Positions 53,731-62,679 of a DNA stretch of 62,928 nucleotides are shown in pieces (within the stretch, counting starts at the first letter, position 1; each line of letters begins with the position of its first letter). Origin of the DNA: Patescibacteria group bacterium (GTDB lineage Bacteria; Chloroflexota; Limnocylindria; Limnocylindrales; CSP1-4); assembly GCA_035495215.1 (NCBI GenBank), contig DATJGH010000137.1:1-62928 (forward strand), written 5' to 3'. The notes beneath the pieces were generated by a model. The model was not told where the DNA came from and ran no database searches. It was given only the letters and a program-made list of their open reading frames with translations. The position numbers and the translations under genes were made by a program.

Positions 53731-54768
53731 TCAGAGCAGCTCGTCGAGCGTGACGAGCTCGAAGCCGGCCGCCCGGAGGCCGGCGACGATCCGCGGCAGC
53801 GCCTCGAACGTCTCGTAGCCACCGAGGTGCATCAGCACGATCGAGCCGCCCCGCGCGTTGCCGAGCACCTTCAGCACGATCTGGTCCGCGGTCGGGCCCG
53901 GCGGATCGTTGACGATCGGCCGCCAGTCGATGGTGTCGACGTCCCAGGTGACGGTGTCGCTGTAGCCGGCGGCACCCACCGCGGCGAGGACGTCGGCGTC
54001 GTAGCCACCGTTCGGGGGCCGGAAGAAGGGCCGCAGGTCCTGCGAGCAGGAGGGCGCGATGGCCGCCTCGGTTCGACGGAGCTCGTCCCGGATCTCGGCG
54101 GCCGAGAGGTCGCGGAAGTCGCGATGCGTGTACGAGTGGTTGCCGAGCGTGAACAGCCCGGGATGGGCGTCGATGATCCCGAGCACCCGTCGTCCGGCAT
54201 TGGTGTTGACGCTATCGGCCATCGCGCCGGTCATGAACACCGATGCGTGTACGTCGTGCCCAACGAGCCAGTCCATGATCGCGAGCGCGTCACCGACGCG
54301 ACCGCCCATGTCGAAGGTCAGCGCGACCATGCCACTCGTTCGCGAGCCGTGTCGCACCAGCCGACTTGGCGGCAACGGCGAGGGTGCCGGCGTCGCGGTG
54401 GGGCGGGCGGTGGGCCGCGGGGTCGGGGTCGGCGTTGGGCGGTGGGTGGGCGAGGGCGTCGGCTTCGGGGGATCCGTCGGCGCTGGCGTCGCGGTGTGGC
54501 TCGGTGACCCGGGCGTGGCGGATGGCGCAGCCGTCGCTGGCGTCGACCCGGCCGGGGCGGTCGAGGCCGTCGGCTCCGCCGAGGGCGGGGCGGTCCGGCC
54601 TGGCGGCGGGCTCGCCGGCGGCGTGCACCCGGCGGTCGGTCCGGCCGTCGGGGCAACCACCGCACCCGGCGAGATCACGGTGCCGAAGGCGGCGCCCGCG
54701 AGGGCGAGGAGCACGACAAGCATGCCCGCCCTGTGTGCGCCCTGGGATCGGAACTCGCTGCCGTGCAT
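53731..54768 (-). CDS. secreted polysaccharide deacetylase (NodB/CE4) with a Pro/Thr-rich linker
   Basis: Signal/TM MLVVLLALAGAAFG, ~100-aa PT linker. NodB motifs TFDMGG, GNHSYTH, RPPNG, LMH. Confidence 0.87.
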   Translation of the reverse strand: MHGSEFRSQGAHRAGMLVVLLALAGAAFGTVISPGAVVAPTAGPTAGCTPPASPPPGRTAPPSAEPTASTAPAGSTPATAAPSATPGSPSHTATPAPTDPPKPTPSPTHRPTPTPTPRPTARPTATPAPSPLPPSRLVRHGSRTSGMVALTFDMGGRVGDALAIMDWLVGHDVHASVFMTGAMADSVNTNAGRRVLGIIDAHPGLFTLGNHSYTHRDFRDLSAAEIRDELRRTEAAIAPSCSQDLRPFFRPPNGGYDADVLAAVGAAGYSDTVTWDVDTIDWRPIVNDPPGPTADQIVLKVLGNARGGSIVLMHLGGYETFEALPRIVAGLRAAGFELVTLDELL

Positions 54769-54983
54769 GGATCACCGCCACGTCCAGCATCGCGCATCGA
54801 CACCCTGCGCCGGAACGGCCGAAGGAACGAAAAAGCAGGACAGGCGGACCAGCCCTCACGTGCATCCGTCCGGCTCGGCGACATCGGGACCTGCGGCACT
54901 ACCTGCCTGATCGTGGCCGCAGGACGCTGCTGGCGTACTCAGCCGCGAAGCCACGGCGCGCGGCACGAAAGGAGCTCCGAATC

Positions 54984-55385
54984 ATGAAGCGCATCCTGTT
55001 GGCGTACGACGGCGGTGAGCCGGCCCGTCGCGCGCTGGATACCGCGATCGAGCTGGCGAAGCATTACGAGGCGTCGGTCGACGTCGTCAGCGTCGTGCCG
55101 TTCCATTCCGGTCGCGCCCCGGTCGATCCCTGGGACGATCACGTCGTCCATGCCGACGAGCTCCGGGACGCCAAGGCGATCCTCGAAGAGCACGGCCTGC
55201 ACCCCGAGCTGATGGAGCCGGTGGGTGACCCGGCGTCGAGCATCGAGCGAATTGCCAACGACGGTGGCTACGACACCGTCGTGATCGGGTCGCGCGGACT
55301 GTCCGCCCTGTCCCGAGTCCTCCAGGGCAGCGTGTCGTCGCACGTCGCGAGCCACGCGCACACCACGGTGGTCGTCGCCCGCTGA
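54984..55385 (+). CDS. universal stress protein (UspA family)
   Basis: 133 aa. AAAGGAG RBS. MKRILLAYDGG.., DTVVIGSRGLS, GSVSSHVASHAHTTVVV. Confidence 0.88.
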   Translation: MKRILLAYDGGEPARRALDTAIELAKHYEASVDVVSVVPFHSGRAPVDPWDDHVVHADELRDAKAILEEHGLHPELMEPVGDPASSIERIANDGGYDTVVIGSRGLSALSRVLQGSVSSHVASHAHTTVVVAR

Positions 55386-55409
55386 CCCGGGCACGACCTC
55401 CTGCCGGAA

Positions 55410-55436
55410 GGGCTACCCGATCGTGACGGGCAGCCC
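55410..55436. terminator. hairpin GGGCTACCCG-ATCGTGA-CGGGCAGCCC after the USP gene
   Basis: 9 of 10 stem positions pair. Begins 25 nt downstream of the stop at 55385. Confidence 0.45.
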
Positions 55437-55505
55437 TACCGCCGGAGAACGGTCCGGCTGAGCATGGTCCGGGGACGCGAGGCGTCCTCGAAAGGAGGAG
55501 GCAAG

Positions 55506-55820
55506 ATGGAGCTTGCCATCAATCTGGGCTATGCCGGCTGGATCGCGATCGTGGCCGGCGCACTGCTCTTCGGGATCGTCGCCCAGTTCATCGGGGAGAC
55601 GAGGACAGGCTACGAGTGGCTCGCCGACGGCATCGCGGCGGGGCTCGGCGCTGTGATCGCCAGCGAGTTCATCATCTCGGCTCGGACGTTCGAGCCGGTT
55701 TGGGACGGGCTCGCGATCGTTCCCGCGCTCATCGGTGGCATTGCGCTCGGCCTCGTGGTCGAGCTGGGCACTCGGTTCCTGACTGGCGGGAGGTACACGA
55801 CCCGGCCGATGGCCGTGTGA
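55506..55820 (+). CDS. small membrane protein (3 TM; GlsB/YeaQ/YmgE-like by appearance)
   Basis: AAAGGAGGAGG RBS. 104 aa, Gly/Ala/Ile-rich helices. Trimmed from track ORF 55464-55820. Confidence 0.55.
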   Translation: MELAINLGYAGWIAIVAGALLFGIVAQFIGETRTGYEWLADGIAAGLGAVIASEFIISARTFEPVWDGLAIVPALIGGIALGLVVELGTRFLTGGRYTTRPMAV

Positions 55821-55911
55821 GTCGTTTCGCCCGTCTGGAGAGGACGGCCCGCCGGGTTTGCCCGGCGGGCCGTATCTCGTCCCGCGGGGTCCCGGCGCGC
55901 CGAAGCACAGA

Positions 55912-58425
55912 ATGGAAGTGATGGACGAGACCTACGCGCAGTCGCCGGACATGGTCGCAACGGCGCTCGCGGTCGATCCGGCCCAGGGCCTCGACGATTC
56001 CGAGGTTGCTGATCGGTCGGCAGCGTCCGGCCCGAACGACCTCGAGCGGGCGGGTCGCGCCCCCGTGCTGCGCATGGTCCTCAAGGCCGCCACCGAGCCG
56101 TTCGTCCTGCTGCTCCTTGCGGCAGGGCTCGGCGCAGTCCTCCTCGGCGAGGTGCGTGACGGTCTCCTGATTCTCGCCGGCCTGATCCCGATCGTCGGCG
56201 CGGACGTCGTGACCGAGTACCGCGGGGAGCGGGCGTTGGAGGCGTTGCGCGACGCGACGGCTCCCCGGGCCACGGTTCGCCGGGGCGGCACCGTCCAGGA
56301 CATCGCGGCAGCCGAGCTCGTTCCCGGCGACATCGTCCTCCTGCGGGTCGGCGACGTCGTGCCGGCCGACCTGCGCGTGATTCGCGCGGACCGCCTGGTG
56401 CTGGATCGAAGCGTGCTCACCGGCGAATCGCTGCCGGAGCCTGCTGCGGTCGAACCCGCGGCCCCGGGCACGCCCCTCGCCGACCGGCGCTCCGTGGCCT
56501 ACTCGGGGACGAGCGTCGTCGGCGGACGCGGCGAGGGCATCGTCGTCGCGACCGGGGCACGCACCGAGGTCGGCCGCATCGCCCAGGGGCTGACCGCACG
56601 ACAGCGGCGGCGCTCGCCGCTCCAGCGCGAGCTGGACCGGCTGGTCCGGATCCTGCTCGTCGTCGCCGTCGGGCTCATTGCGATCACCAGTGGGCTCGGC
56701 TTCATTCGCGGCAACCCGCTCGGTGCGAACCTCCTCGCCGGCATCTCGGCCGCCATCGCCGCCATCCCCGAGGAGCCTCCGGTCCTGCTCGCCGTGATCC
56801 TCGGGCTCGGCGCGTACCGCCTCCTGCGCCGCGGCGTCCTCGTCCGGCGCCTCAACGCCGAAGAGGTGCTCGGCGCCGTCGATCTCATCGTCACCGACAA
56901 GACCGGCACGTTGACGCTGAACCAGCTCGAGGTCGCGAGCGTGTCCGACCTCGGCGGGCCGGTGCCGGCCGAACGGCGCACGCCGCTGCTCGAGGCCGCG
57001 CTCCGGGCGGAGGATGACGCGTGGGCCGCGCACGGCCGCGGCTCGTTCACGCTTGCCTTGGCCCGCGCCGTCGACGCCGCGGGTGGTGCTTCGCAGCCCG
57101 ATGCCGCCGACCTCATCGAAGCCGAGCCGGTCGACGACGGCCGGCCGTATTCGCGAACGGTGGCCCGACGAGGCGCCACGCTCGAGACGCTGGCCCTGGG
57201 TGCGCCCGAAACGGTGGCGGACCTCGCCCTCGGATCGACCGGGCCGGAGCGCCAGCAATGGCATGCGCTGATCGAGGGATCGGTCGATCGTGGCGAGCGC
57301 GTCGTCGGGCTGGCGCGCCGGCTGGGCGAGGAGCGATGGGTCATGGAGGCGCTCATCGGCTTCGCGGACGCGCTCCGCCCGGGGATCAGGGAGGCGGCCG
57401 CGGAGGCCCGCGACGCCGGAATCCACGTCGTCATGGTCACCGGCGACCATCCCGGCACGGCCCGGGCCATCGCCGAGCATGCCGGCCTCGGCCAGGGGGC
57501 CGTCGCGCTCGGCGCGGCGGTCGAGGGATGGTCGGATGCCGAGCTCGGTGAGCGGCTCCCGGGCCTCCTCGCCATCGCCCGGTCGACGCCCGACCTGAAG
57601 CGTCGGGTGGTCGAGTGTGCCCGGGCGGCGGGCCACCTGGTCGCCGTCACGGGCGACGGCGTCAACGACGCGCCGGCGCTCCATGGCGCGGACGTGGCGG
57701 TCGCGATGGGCAGCGGAACGGCCGTTGCCAAGGAGGCCTCCGACCTGGTCCTCGGCGACGATTCGTTCGCGACGCTCATCTTCGGCATCGCCGAGGGGCG
57801 CCGGATCGTCGACAACGTGCAGAAGGGCCTGGTGTTCCTGGTCTCGACGCACGTCGCGCTGCTCGGCTTCGTGCTGATCGCGACGCTCGCCGGGTTCAGC
57901 CAGCCGCTGCTCCCGATCCAGATCCTGTGGCTGGAGCTGTTCATCGACTTGTCGACGTCCGTCGCCTTCGAACGGGAGCCGGCCGAGCCGGATCTCATGA
58001 CCCGAGCGCCGCGCCAGGTCGATCGACCCCTGCTGACGCGCAGCCTCCTCGCACGGATCAGCCTTGCCGGCGGATTCAGCGCGATCGCGGCGCTGGGCCT
58101 GTTGTCCGGCGTGCTCGTCGGCTCTGCCCATCCCCAGTGGCTGGCCTACACCGCGCTCGTCTGCGCACAGGCTGTTCGGGCGTACGCGAACCGGAGCCTG
58201 ACCAAGCCGCTCTTCCGCCTCGCGCCGAACGGCGTGCTCCTCGTCGCGTGCCTCGCGGTCGTCGCGGTGCAGGCGGCCATCCCGCTCGTTCCCGGGCTCG
58301 CCGACGCGTTCCGCGCGGAGCCGCTGTCCCTGGCCGAATGGGCGCTCGTGGCCGCGATCGCCGTCGCGCCGGCCCTGTTCGCTGAGCTCGTCCGCGCCAC
58401 CCGGCGGGTTGCCTGGGTGGCCTGA
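55912..58425 (+). CDS. P-type cation-transporting ATPase (P2-like)
   Basis: LTGES, DKTGTLT phosphorylation site, MVTGDHPGTA, VTGDGVNDAPAL. The TM4 motif reads AIPEEPP rather than the PEGLP I would expect for Ca-type pumps. Confidence 0.92.
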   Translation: MEVMDETYAQSPDMVATALAVDPAQGLDDSEVADRSAASGPNDLERAGRAPVLRMVLKAATEPFVLLLLAAGLGAVLLGEVRDGLLILAGLIPIVGADVVTEYRGERALEALRDATAPRATVRRGGTVQDIAAAELVPGDIVLLRVGDVVPADLRVIRADRLVLDRSVLTGESLPEPAAVEPAAPGTPLADRRSVAYSGTSVVGGRGEGIVVATGARTEVGRIAQGLTARQRRRSPLQRELDRLVRILLVVAVGLIAITSGLGFIRGNPLGANLLAGISAAIAAIPEEPPVLLAVILGLGAYRLLRRGVLVRRLNAEEVLGAVDLIVTDKTGTLTLNQLEVASVSDLGGPVPAERRTPLLEAALRAEDDAWAAHGRGSFTLALARAVDAAGGASQPDAADLIEAEPVDDGRPYSRTVARRGATLETLALGAPETVADLALGSTGPERQQWHALIEGSVDRGERVVGLARRLGEERWVMEALIGFADALRPGIREAAAEARDAGIHVVMVTGDHPGTARAIAEHAGLGQGAVALGAAVEGWSDAELGERLPGLLAIARSTPDLKRRVVECARAAGHLVAVTGDGVNDAPALHGADVAVAMGSGTAVAKEASDLVLGDDSFATLIFGIAEGRRIVDNVQKGLVFLVSTHVALLGFVLIATLAGFSQPLLPIQILWLELFIDLSTSVAFEREPAEPDLMTRAPRQVDRPLLTRSLLARISLAGGFSAIAALGLLSGVLVGSAHPQWLAYTALVCAQAVRAYANRSLTKPLFRLAPNGVLLVACLAVVAVQAAIPLVPGLADAFRAEPLSLAEWALVAAIAVAPALFAELVRATRRVAWVA

Positions 58426-58571
58426 CCGAAGCCCCCGGGCGGTCCGGCCCGGGTCCTCTGGCGCATCGGTCGTGACCGTCGGCCCTCCCGCGAGGGCCGA
58501 GCCGGCCGCGAGAGTGAGGGCATGCGACGCCTGATCGTCAGCCGACTTCGCGAGCCCGCGGGCGCGTAGCC

Positions 58572-58838
58572 ATGTGCATCGCAGCGCCCGCACGGATCAT
58601 CGAGATCGAGGCTGGATCGGCCCTCATCGAGCTCGATGGCCGGCGTCGCCGCGCCTCGCTGCTGCGGGCTCCTGCGGTCGCCGTCGGCGACTGGGCGCTC
58701 GTCGCCGCGGGCAGCGTGCTCCGCCGGCTCGAGCCCGAAGAGGCCGCGGAGCTTGCCGAGCTGCTCCGCCCGGCGAGGCTCGCAACCACGGACCCAGCTG
58801 ATCAGGACGCAGCCCACCCCGGAGGAGAATCAAGATGA
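58572..58838 (+). CDS. hypC: HypC/HupF-family hydrogenase assembly chaperone
   Basis: 88 aa. N-terminal MCIAAPARIIEIE (essential Cys2). GDWALVAAG core, where the usual His of GxWVLVHxG is Ala. ATGA overlap with the next gene. Confidence 0.82.
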   Translation: MCIAAPARIIEIEAGSALIELDGRRRRASLLRAPAVAVGDWALVAAGSVLRRLEPEEAAELAELLRPARLATTDPADQDAAHPGGESR

Positions 58839-59803
58839 GGACCGAACCGAGCGCACCCGCGACCAAGGCGCCCAGGATCCCCGGCACGCTGCGGTGGGGC
58901 CTCCTGCTCGCCCTGGCGACCGCCGCCATCAGCGGCATCTCGATCTGGGTCAACGCCTTCGCGGTGAAGCAGCTGCCCGATCCGGCCGTGTACACGACCG
59001 TCAAGAATGGTGTCGCCGCCGTCCTGCTCATCGCCCTCGTCGCCGCCACCGTCCGCCCGGCACAGGTCCGGGCGATCACGCCGCGTTCATGGGGCTGGCT
59101 GCTCCTGATCGGGGTCGTCGGGGGAAGCCTGCCGTTCATCCTGTTCTTCACCGGGCTGGCACAGGCCAGCGCGCCGTCCGCGGCGTTCATCCACAAGACC
59201 CTGTTCGTGTGGGTGGCGCTGCTCGCCGTGCCGTTCCTCGGCGAGCGACTCGGCTTCGTCCAGCTCGGCGCGCTCGGCGTGCTCCTCGCGGGCCAGGCCC
59301 TCGTGCTCACGCCGGCCGGGGTCACCTGGGGCGCCGGCGAGACGATGATCGCCGCCGCCACGCTGCTGTGGGCGGTCGAGAGCATCGTTGCCAAGCGCGT
59401 CCTGCGCAGCGTGCCGTCGCAGGTGGTCGGCGCGAGCCGCCTGGGCGCGGGTCTCCTTGTCCTCGTCGGCTATCTCGCGCTCACCGGCAAGCTCGGCGTG
59501 GTCGCCGGGCTGACACCGGTGCAGTGGGGCTGGGCCATGCTGACGGGCCTGTTCCTGCTCGGCTACGTCGGGACATGGTTCGCCGCGCTCCAGCGCGCTC
59601 CAGCGAGCCTCGTGACCGCGATCCTGGTGCTGGGCGCTCCTGTCACCGCATTGGCCCAGGTCCTCCAGACCGGCGCGGCTCCGGCCGTCCCGGCGCTCAC
59701 CGGCCAGCTCCTCATCCTCGTCGCGGGCGCCGTCCTGGCGCTACCGGCCGTGCTGCACCTCCGCGGCGCGTCGAACCAGGCACCGGAGCCTGCTCGGACA
59801 TGA
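58835..59803 (+). CDS. EamA/DMT-superfamily transporter (10 TM)
   Basis: 322 aa. GGAGGAG RBS. Two EamA-like halves of 5 TM each. Confidence 0.83.
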   Translation: MRTEPSAPATKAPRIPGTLRWGLLLALATAAISGISIWVNAFAVKQLPDPAVYTTVKNGVAAVLLIALVAATVRPAQVRAITPRSWGWLLLIGVVGGSLPFILFFTGLAQASAPSAAFIHKTLFVWVALLAVPFLGERLGFVQLGALGVLLAGQALVLTPAGVTWGAGETMIAAATLLWAVESIVAKRVLRSVPSQVVGASRLGAGLLVLVGYLALTGKLGVVAGLTPVQWGWAMLTGLFLLGYVGTWFAALQRAPASLVTAILVLGAPVTALAQVLQTGAAPAVPALTGQLLILVAGAVLALPAVLHLRGASNQAPEPART

Positions 59804-60591
59804 CCTCGGCGGCGCCGGTCCCGGCAACCTCGGACTGGACGCGGCCGATCCCGCCCGCGCCCGGGCCGATCCGCTTCGCGCGCTACGCCTTCGGGCCGAA
59901 CCGACTGGGCTACTGCGGGCCGGACGAGGCCGGCGAGCTGTTCGCGCAGGCGACCCTCGGGCAGGACCTGCGCAAGCTGCGCGAGCTCGCGGGCCAGTTC
60001 GAGGGGGCCTACCCCTACCTGTGCCTGATCGCGGACGGCAACGGCGTGCGCGATCCCCTCGACGCCGGCGTGGTCGAGGCGTACTGGCTCGGCAACTCCC
60101 TGCTCGGGGGCGTGCGACCGCGCGACTTCGGCGGCAGCCTGGACGCCCGCTTCCGCGCGCGGCTGCGCGGCGACGGCTGGCGCTGGCTCGGATCGAAGCC
60201 CGAGCTGGGCGCCGTGCCCAACCACGCCTTCCACGTGCTGGACGTGTTCCCGAAGGTCGGCATGCTCCGGACCGGCGAGGTGGAGCACGCGCTCGAGGTC
60301 ATGGATTCGTGCCGCATCCGCTGGGGTCGCGTCCTGGAGCGCGACGGCGATGCGCTCGTGGTGTCGGCGGTGCCGCTGACGATGATCGACGGCAAGCTGC
60401 GCATGGGCCCGCCACGGGTCGAGCGGATCCGCGGCTGGCTGGATGGCGCGGGCTTCGTCGACGAGGTCACGCCGGGCGATGTCGTCTCGATCCACTGGGA
60501 CTGGGCGTGCGAGCGGCTGGACGCACGCCGCCTCGCCGCGCTGCGTGGCGTGACCGCCACGGAGCTGGAGCTCGCGAACCGCACGATCTGA
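59800..60591 (+). CDS. uncharacterised protein with an internal/C-terminal HypC-like segment
   Basis: Last 263 codons of track ORF 58636-60591. ATGA overlap upstream. C-terminal ~95 aa reads SCRIRWGRVLERDGDALVV .. GDVVSIHWDWA..LD, paralleling the HypC pattern MC(I/L)xxPGxVxEIDGxxAxV .. GxWVLVHxGFA..I. Confidence 0.65.
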   Translation: MTSAAPVPATSDWTRPIPPAPGPIRFARYAFGPNRLGYCGPDEAGELFAQATLGQDLRKLRELAGQFEGAYPYLCLIADGNGVRDPLDAGVVEAYWLGNSLLGGVRPRDFGGSLDARFRARLRGDGWRWLGSKPELGAVPNHAFHVLDVFPKVGMLRTGEVEHALEVMDSCRIRWGRVLERDGDALVVSAVPLTMIDGKLRMGPPRVERIRGWLDGAGFVDEVTPGDVVSIHWDWACERLDARRLAALRGVTATELELANRTI

Positions 60592-60662
60592 GCGCGGGGG
60601 TCGGGACCTTCGGCAGGGAAACGGACCCAATGCGCCGCCCGGGAACGAGACGCGCGGCACTC

Positions 60663-61061
60663 ATGCACAAGCCTGCATATGAGCATGCTCGTGACATGGA
60701 CGAGATCACCCGACTCCAGGCCGACGTTCTGAAGGTGCTCGCGCACCCGGCCAGGATCGAGATCCTGCATCGGCTGGCCGGCGGACCGATCGAGGTCGGC
60801 CGCCTCGCCGAGCTGATCGGCACGACCCAGCCCAACGCCTCCCAGCATCTCGCCGTCCTGCGCGGCGCCGGGCTCGTGGAGCCGGACCGCCACGGGCGCG
60901 AGATCCGGTATCGCCTGACCGATCCCGACGTGATCGTCGCCTGCTCGCTGATGCGCGGCGTCCTGCAGCGCCGCCTCGAGCGCCTCGCGCTGCTCGCCTC
61001 GACCCCTTCGCCCGGCATGACGAGTACGTCGATGCCGAGCCTCCTCCGATCACCAGCCTGA
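60663..61061 (+). CDS. ArsR/SmtB-family transcriptional regulator
   Basis: LKVLAHPARIEILHRLAGGPIEVGRLAELIGTTQPNASQHLAVLRGAGLV wHTH signature. ATG 60696 is an alternative start. Confidence 0.85.
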   Translation: MHKPAYEHARDMDEITRLQADVLKVLAHPARIEILHRLAGGPIEVGRLAELIGTTQPNASQHLAVLRGAGLVEPDRHGREIRYRLTDPDVIVACSLMRGVLQRRLERLALLASTPSPGMTSTSMPSLLRSPA

Positions 61062-61486
61062 TGGAGCCAGCCATGGACCAACCGCTCAACCTCGTGCTCT
61101 TCTCCGGGACCGACGACAAGCTCCAGGCAGCCGCGGTCCTGACCGCCGGCGCCGCGGCGCTCGGGCGGCCGGTGAACGTGTTCCTGCAGTACTGGGCCCT
61201 CGACGCATTCCGCAAGGGCAAGGTCGATCGCGACCACGGCCTGGCCCCGGAGGCCGGCGCCGAGGGTCGCGAGCACGTGGACCACCTGCGCAAGGCCGGA
61301 CAGGTGGGCTGGGCGGAGGTGCTCCGCCAGGCCAAGGACCTGGGCCCGGTCGACATCCAGGCCTGCTCACTGTCGATGGACCTGCTGGGCATCGACGAGT
61401 CCGACCTCGATCCACTCGTCGACGGCGTCGAAGGCGTGACCGCCTTCTACCTCAACGCCGGCGACGGGCACATGGTCTTCATCTGA
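61061..61486 (+). CDS. DsrE/DsrF-like sulfur-relay family protein
   Basis: 141 aa. LNLVLFSGTDDKLQAAAVL and active-site-like ACSLSMDLLGI. ATG overlaps the ArsR stop. Confidence 0.72.
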   Translation: MEPAMDQPLNLVLFSGTDDKLQAAAVLTAGAAALGRPVNVFLQYWALDAFRKGKVDRDHGLAPEAGAEGREHVDHLRKAGQVGWAEVLRQAKDLGPVDIQACSLSMDLLGIDESDLDPLVDGVEGVTAFYLNAGDGHMVFI

Positions 61487-61515
61487 GCGCGGACGAGCGC
61501 GAAAGGACCGACGCC

Positions 61516-61752
61516 ATGACCCTCCTCGACATCGCAACCACCGTCGACGCGCGCGGGCTGTCGTGCCCGATGCCGATCGTCCGCACGGCGCTCGCCGTCA
61601 AGTCGCTGCAACCCGGGGCCCTGATCGAGGTCCTCGCGACGGACCCGGGCTCGCAGCGCGATTTCGTGGCCTGGTGCCGCTCGACCGGACACGTCCTCGT
61701 CGGGCAGACCGCCGATGGCCCCGTCTACCGCTTCCTCATCCGCCGGAAGTGA
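61516..61752 (+). CDS. tusA: TusA-like sulfurtransferase
   Basis: 78 aa. DARGLSCPMPIV (CPxP motif). Confidence 0.88.
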   Translation: MTLLDIATTVDARGLSCPMPIVRTALAVKSLQPGALIEVLATDPGSQRDFVAWCRSTGHVLVGQTADGPVYRFLIRRK

Positions 61753-61760
61753 GGCTCGAG

Positions 61761-62393
61761 ATGACCCCCACCGCCCCCATCGAAGCCCCGAAGACGACGC
61801 CCGCCCCGCCGTTCGACCCGATCGCCGCGGCGATCGCCGACGTGGAAGGCCTCGCCGGCGTCGATCCGATCCCTGCCCCGTTCGCCGAGGCGTTCGGCGC
61901 TCCGGAGGAGCGGGCCAAGCCCCGCGACCTCGTGATCATCTGCTACAGCGGGGACCTGGAGAAGACCTGGGCAGCGCTGATTCTCGCGACCACGGCGGCC
62001 GCCAGCGGCGTGACGACCAGGATCTTCCTGACCTTCTGGGGCCTCCAGACGTTCGTCAAGGACGAGCGCCGCATCACGGGCCAGAACTGGATGCAGCGGA
62101 TGCTCAGCTTCATGCAGCGACCGGGCATCAGCCATCGGAAGCTGTCGAAGATGAACTTCCTGGGCATGGGCCCGTGGATGATGGGCACGCTCGCCCGCCG
62201 CTACCACGTCGCCAGCCCCAAGGAGCTGCTCGACATGGCGCTCGTCCTCGGCGTCGAGCTCATGCCCTGCCAGATGACGATGGACATGTTCGGCCTGACC
62301 CGCGACGACATGATCGACGGGCTCGGTGAGCCGGTCGGCGCCGCGACCGTCGTCGAGCTCCTCGCCAACGGCGCGGCACCCCTGTTCATCTGA
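61761..62393 (+). CDS. DsrE/DsrF-like sulfur-relay family protein with a ~50-aa N-terminal extension
   Basis: 210 aa. LVIICYSGDLEKTWAALIL and PCQMTMDMFGL parallel the motifs of 61061-61486. Confidence 0.72.
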   Translation: MTPTAPIEAPKTTPAPPFDPIAAAIADVEGLAGVDPIPAPFAEAFGAPEERAKPRDLVIICYSGDLEKTWAALILATTAAASGVTTRIFLTFWGLQTFVKDERRITGQNWMQRMLSFMQRPGISHRKLSKMNFLGMGPWMMGTLARRYHVASPKELLDMALVLGVELMPCQMTMDMFGLTRDDMIDGLGEPVGAATVVELLANGAAPLFI

Positions 62394-62419
62394 TCCAAAC
62401 CTCCCGAAGGGAGCACGCC

Positions 62420-62671
62420 ATGACCGCCATCCTCCAGGTCGAGACCGTCACCCGGACGGTCGATGCCCGGGGCAGCTTCTGCCCCGGCCCGCTGATGGAG
62501 CTGATCCGAGCGATCCGCGAGTCGCAGGTCGGCGATGTGATCGCCGTCCAGTCGACGGACAAGGGCTCGAAGCTCGACATCCCCAAGTGGGTCGAGAAGG
62601 CCGGCCACCGGCTGGTCTCCCTCGACGCACGCGAGGGCTACGACGAGATCGTGGTCCAGAAGCTGCGGTAG
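62420..62671 (+). CDS. tusA: TusA-like sulfurtransferase (second copy)
   Basis: 83 aa. DARGSFCPGPLM motif. Confidence 0.85.
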   Translation: MTAILQVETVTRTVDARGSFCPGPLMELIRAIRESQVGDVIAVQSTDKGSKLDIPKWVEKAGHRLVSLDAREGYDEIVVQKLR

Positions 62672-62679
62672 GGATACCC

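Noticed and set aside
27726-55505. Canonical DosR boxes (TTSGGGACTWWAGTCCCSAA-like, GGGAC followed by GTCCC) in the island's intergenic regions
   Set aside because: By eye, only the inverse arrangement (GTCCCG..CGGGAC) was found, and it is better explained as terminator hairpins. A proper matrix scan is still needed.
55912-58425. The unusual TM4 motif PEEPP of the P-type ATPase as evidence of novel ion specificity
   Set aside because: This rests on one motif read by eye, and I cannot verify from memory how common the variant is. It is recorded in the feature evidence only.
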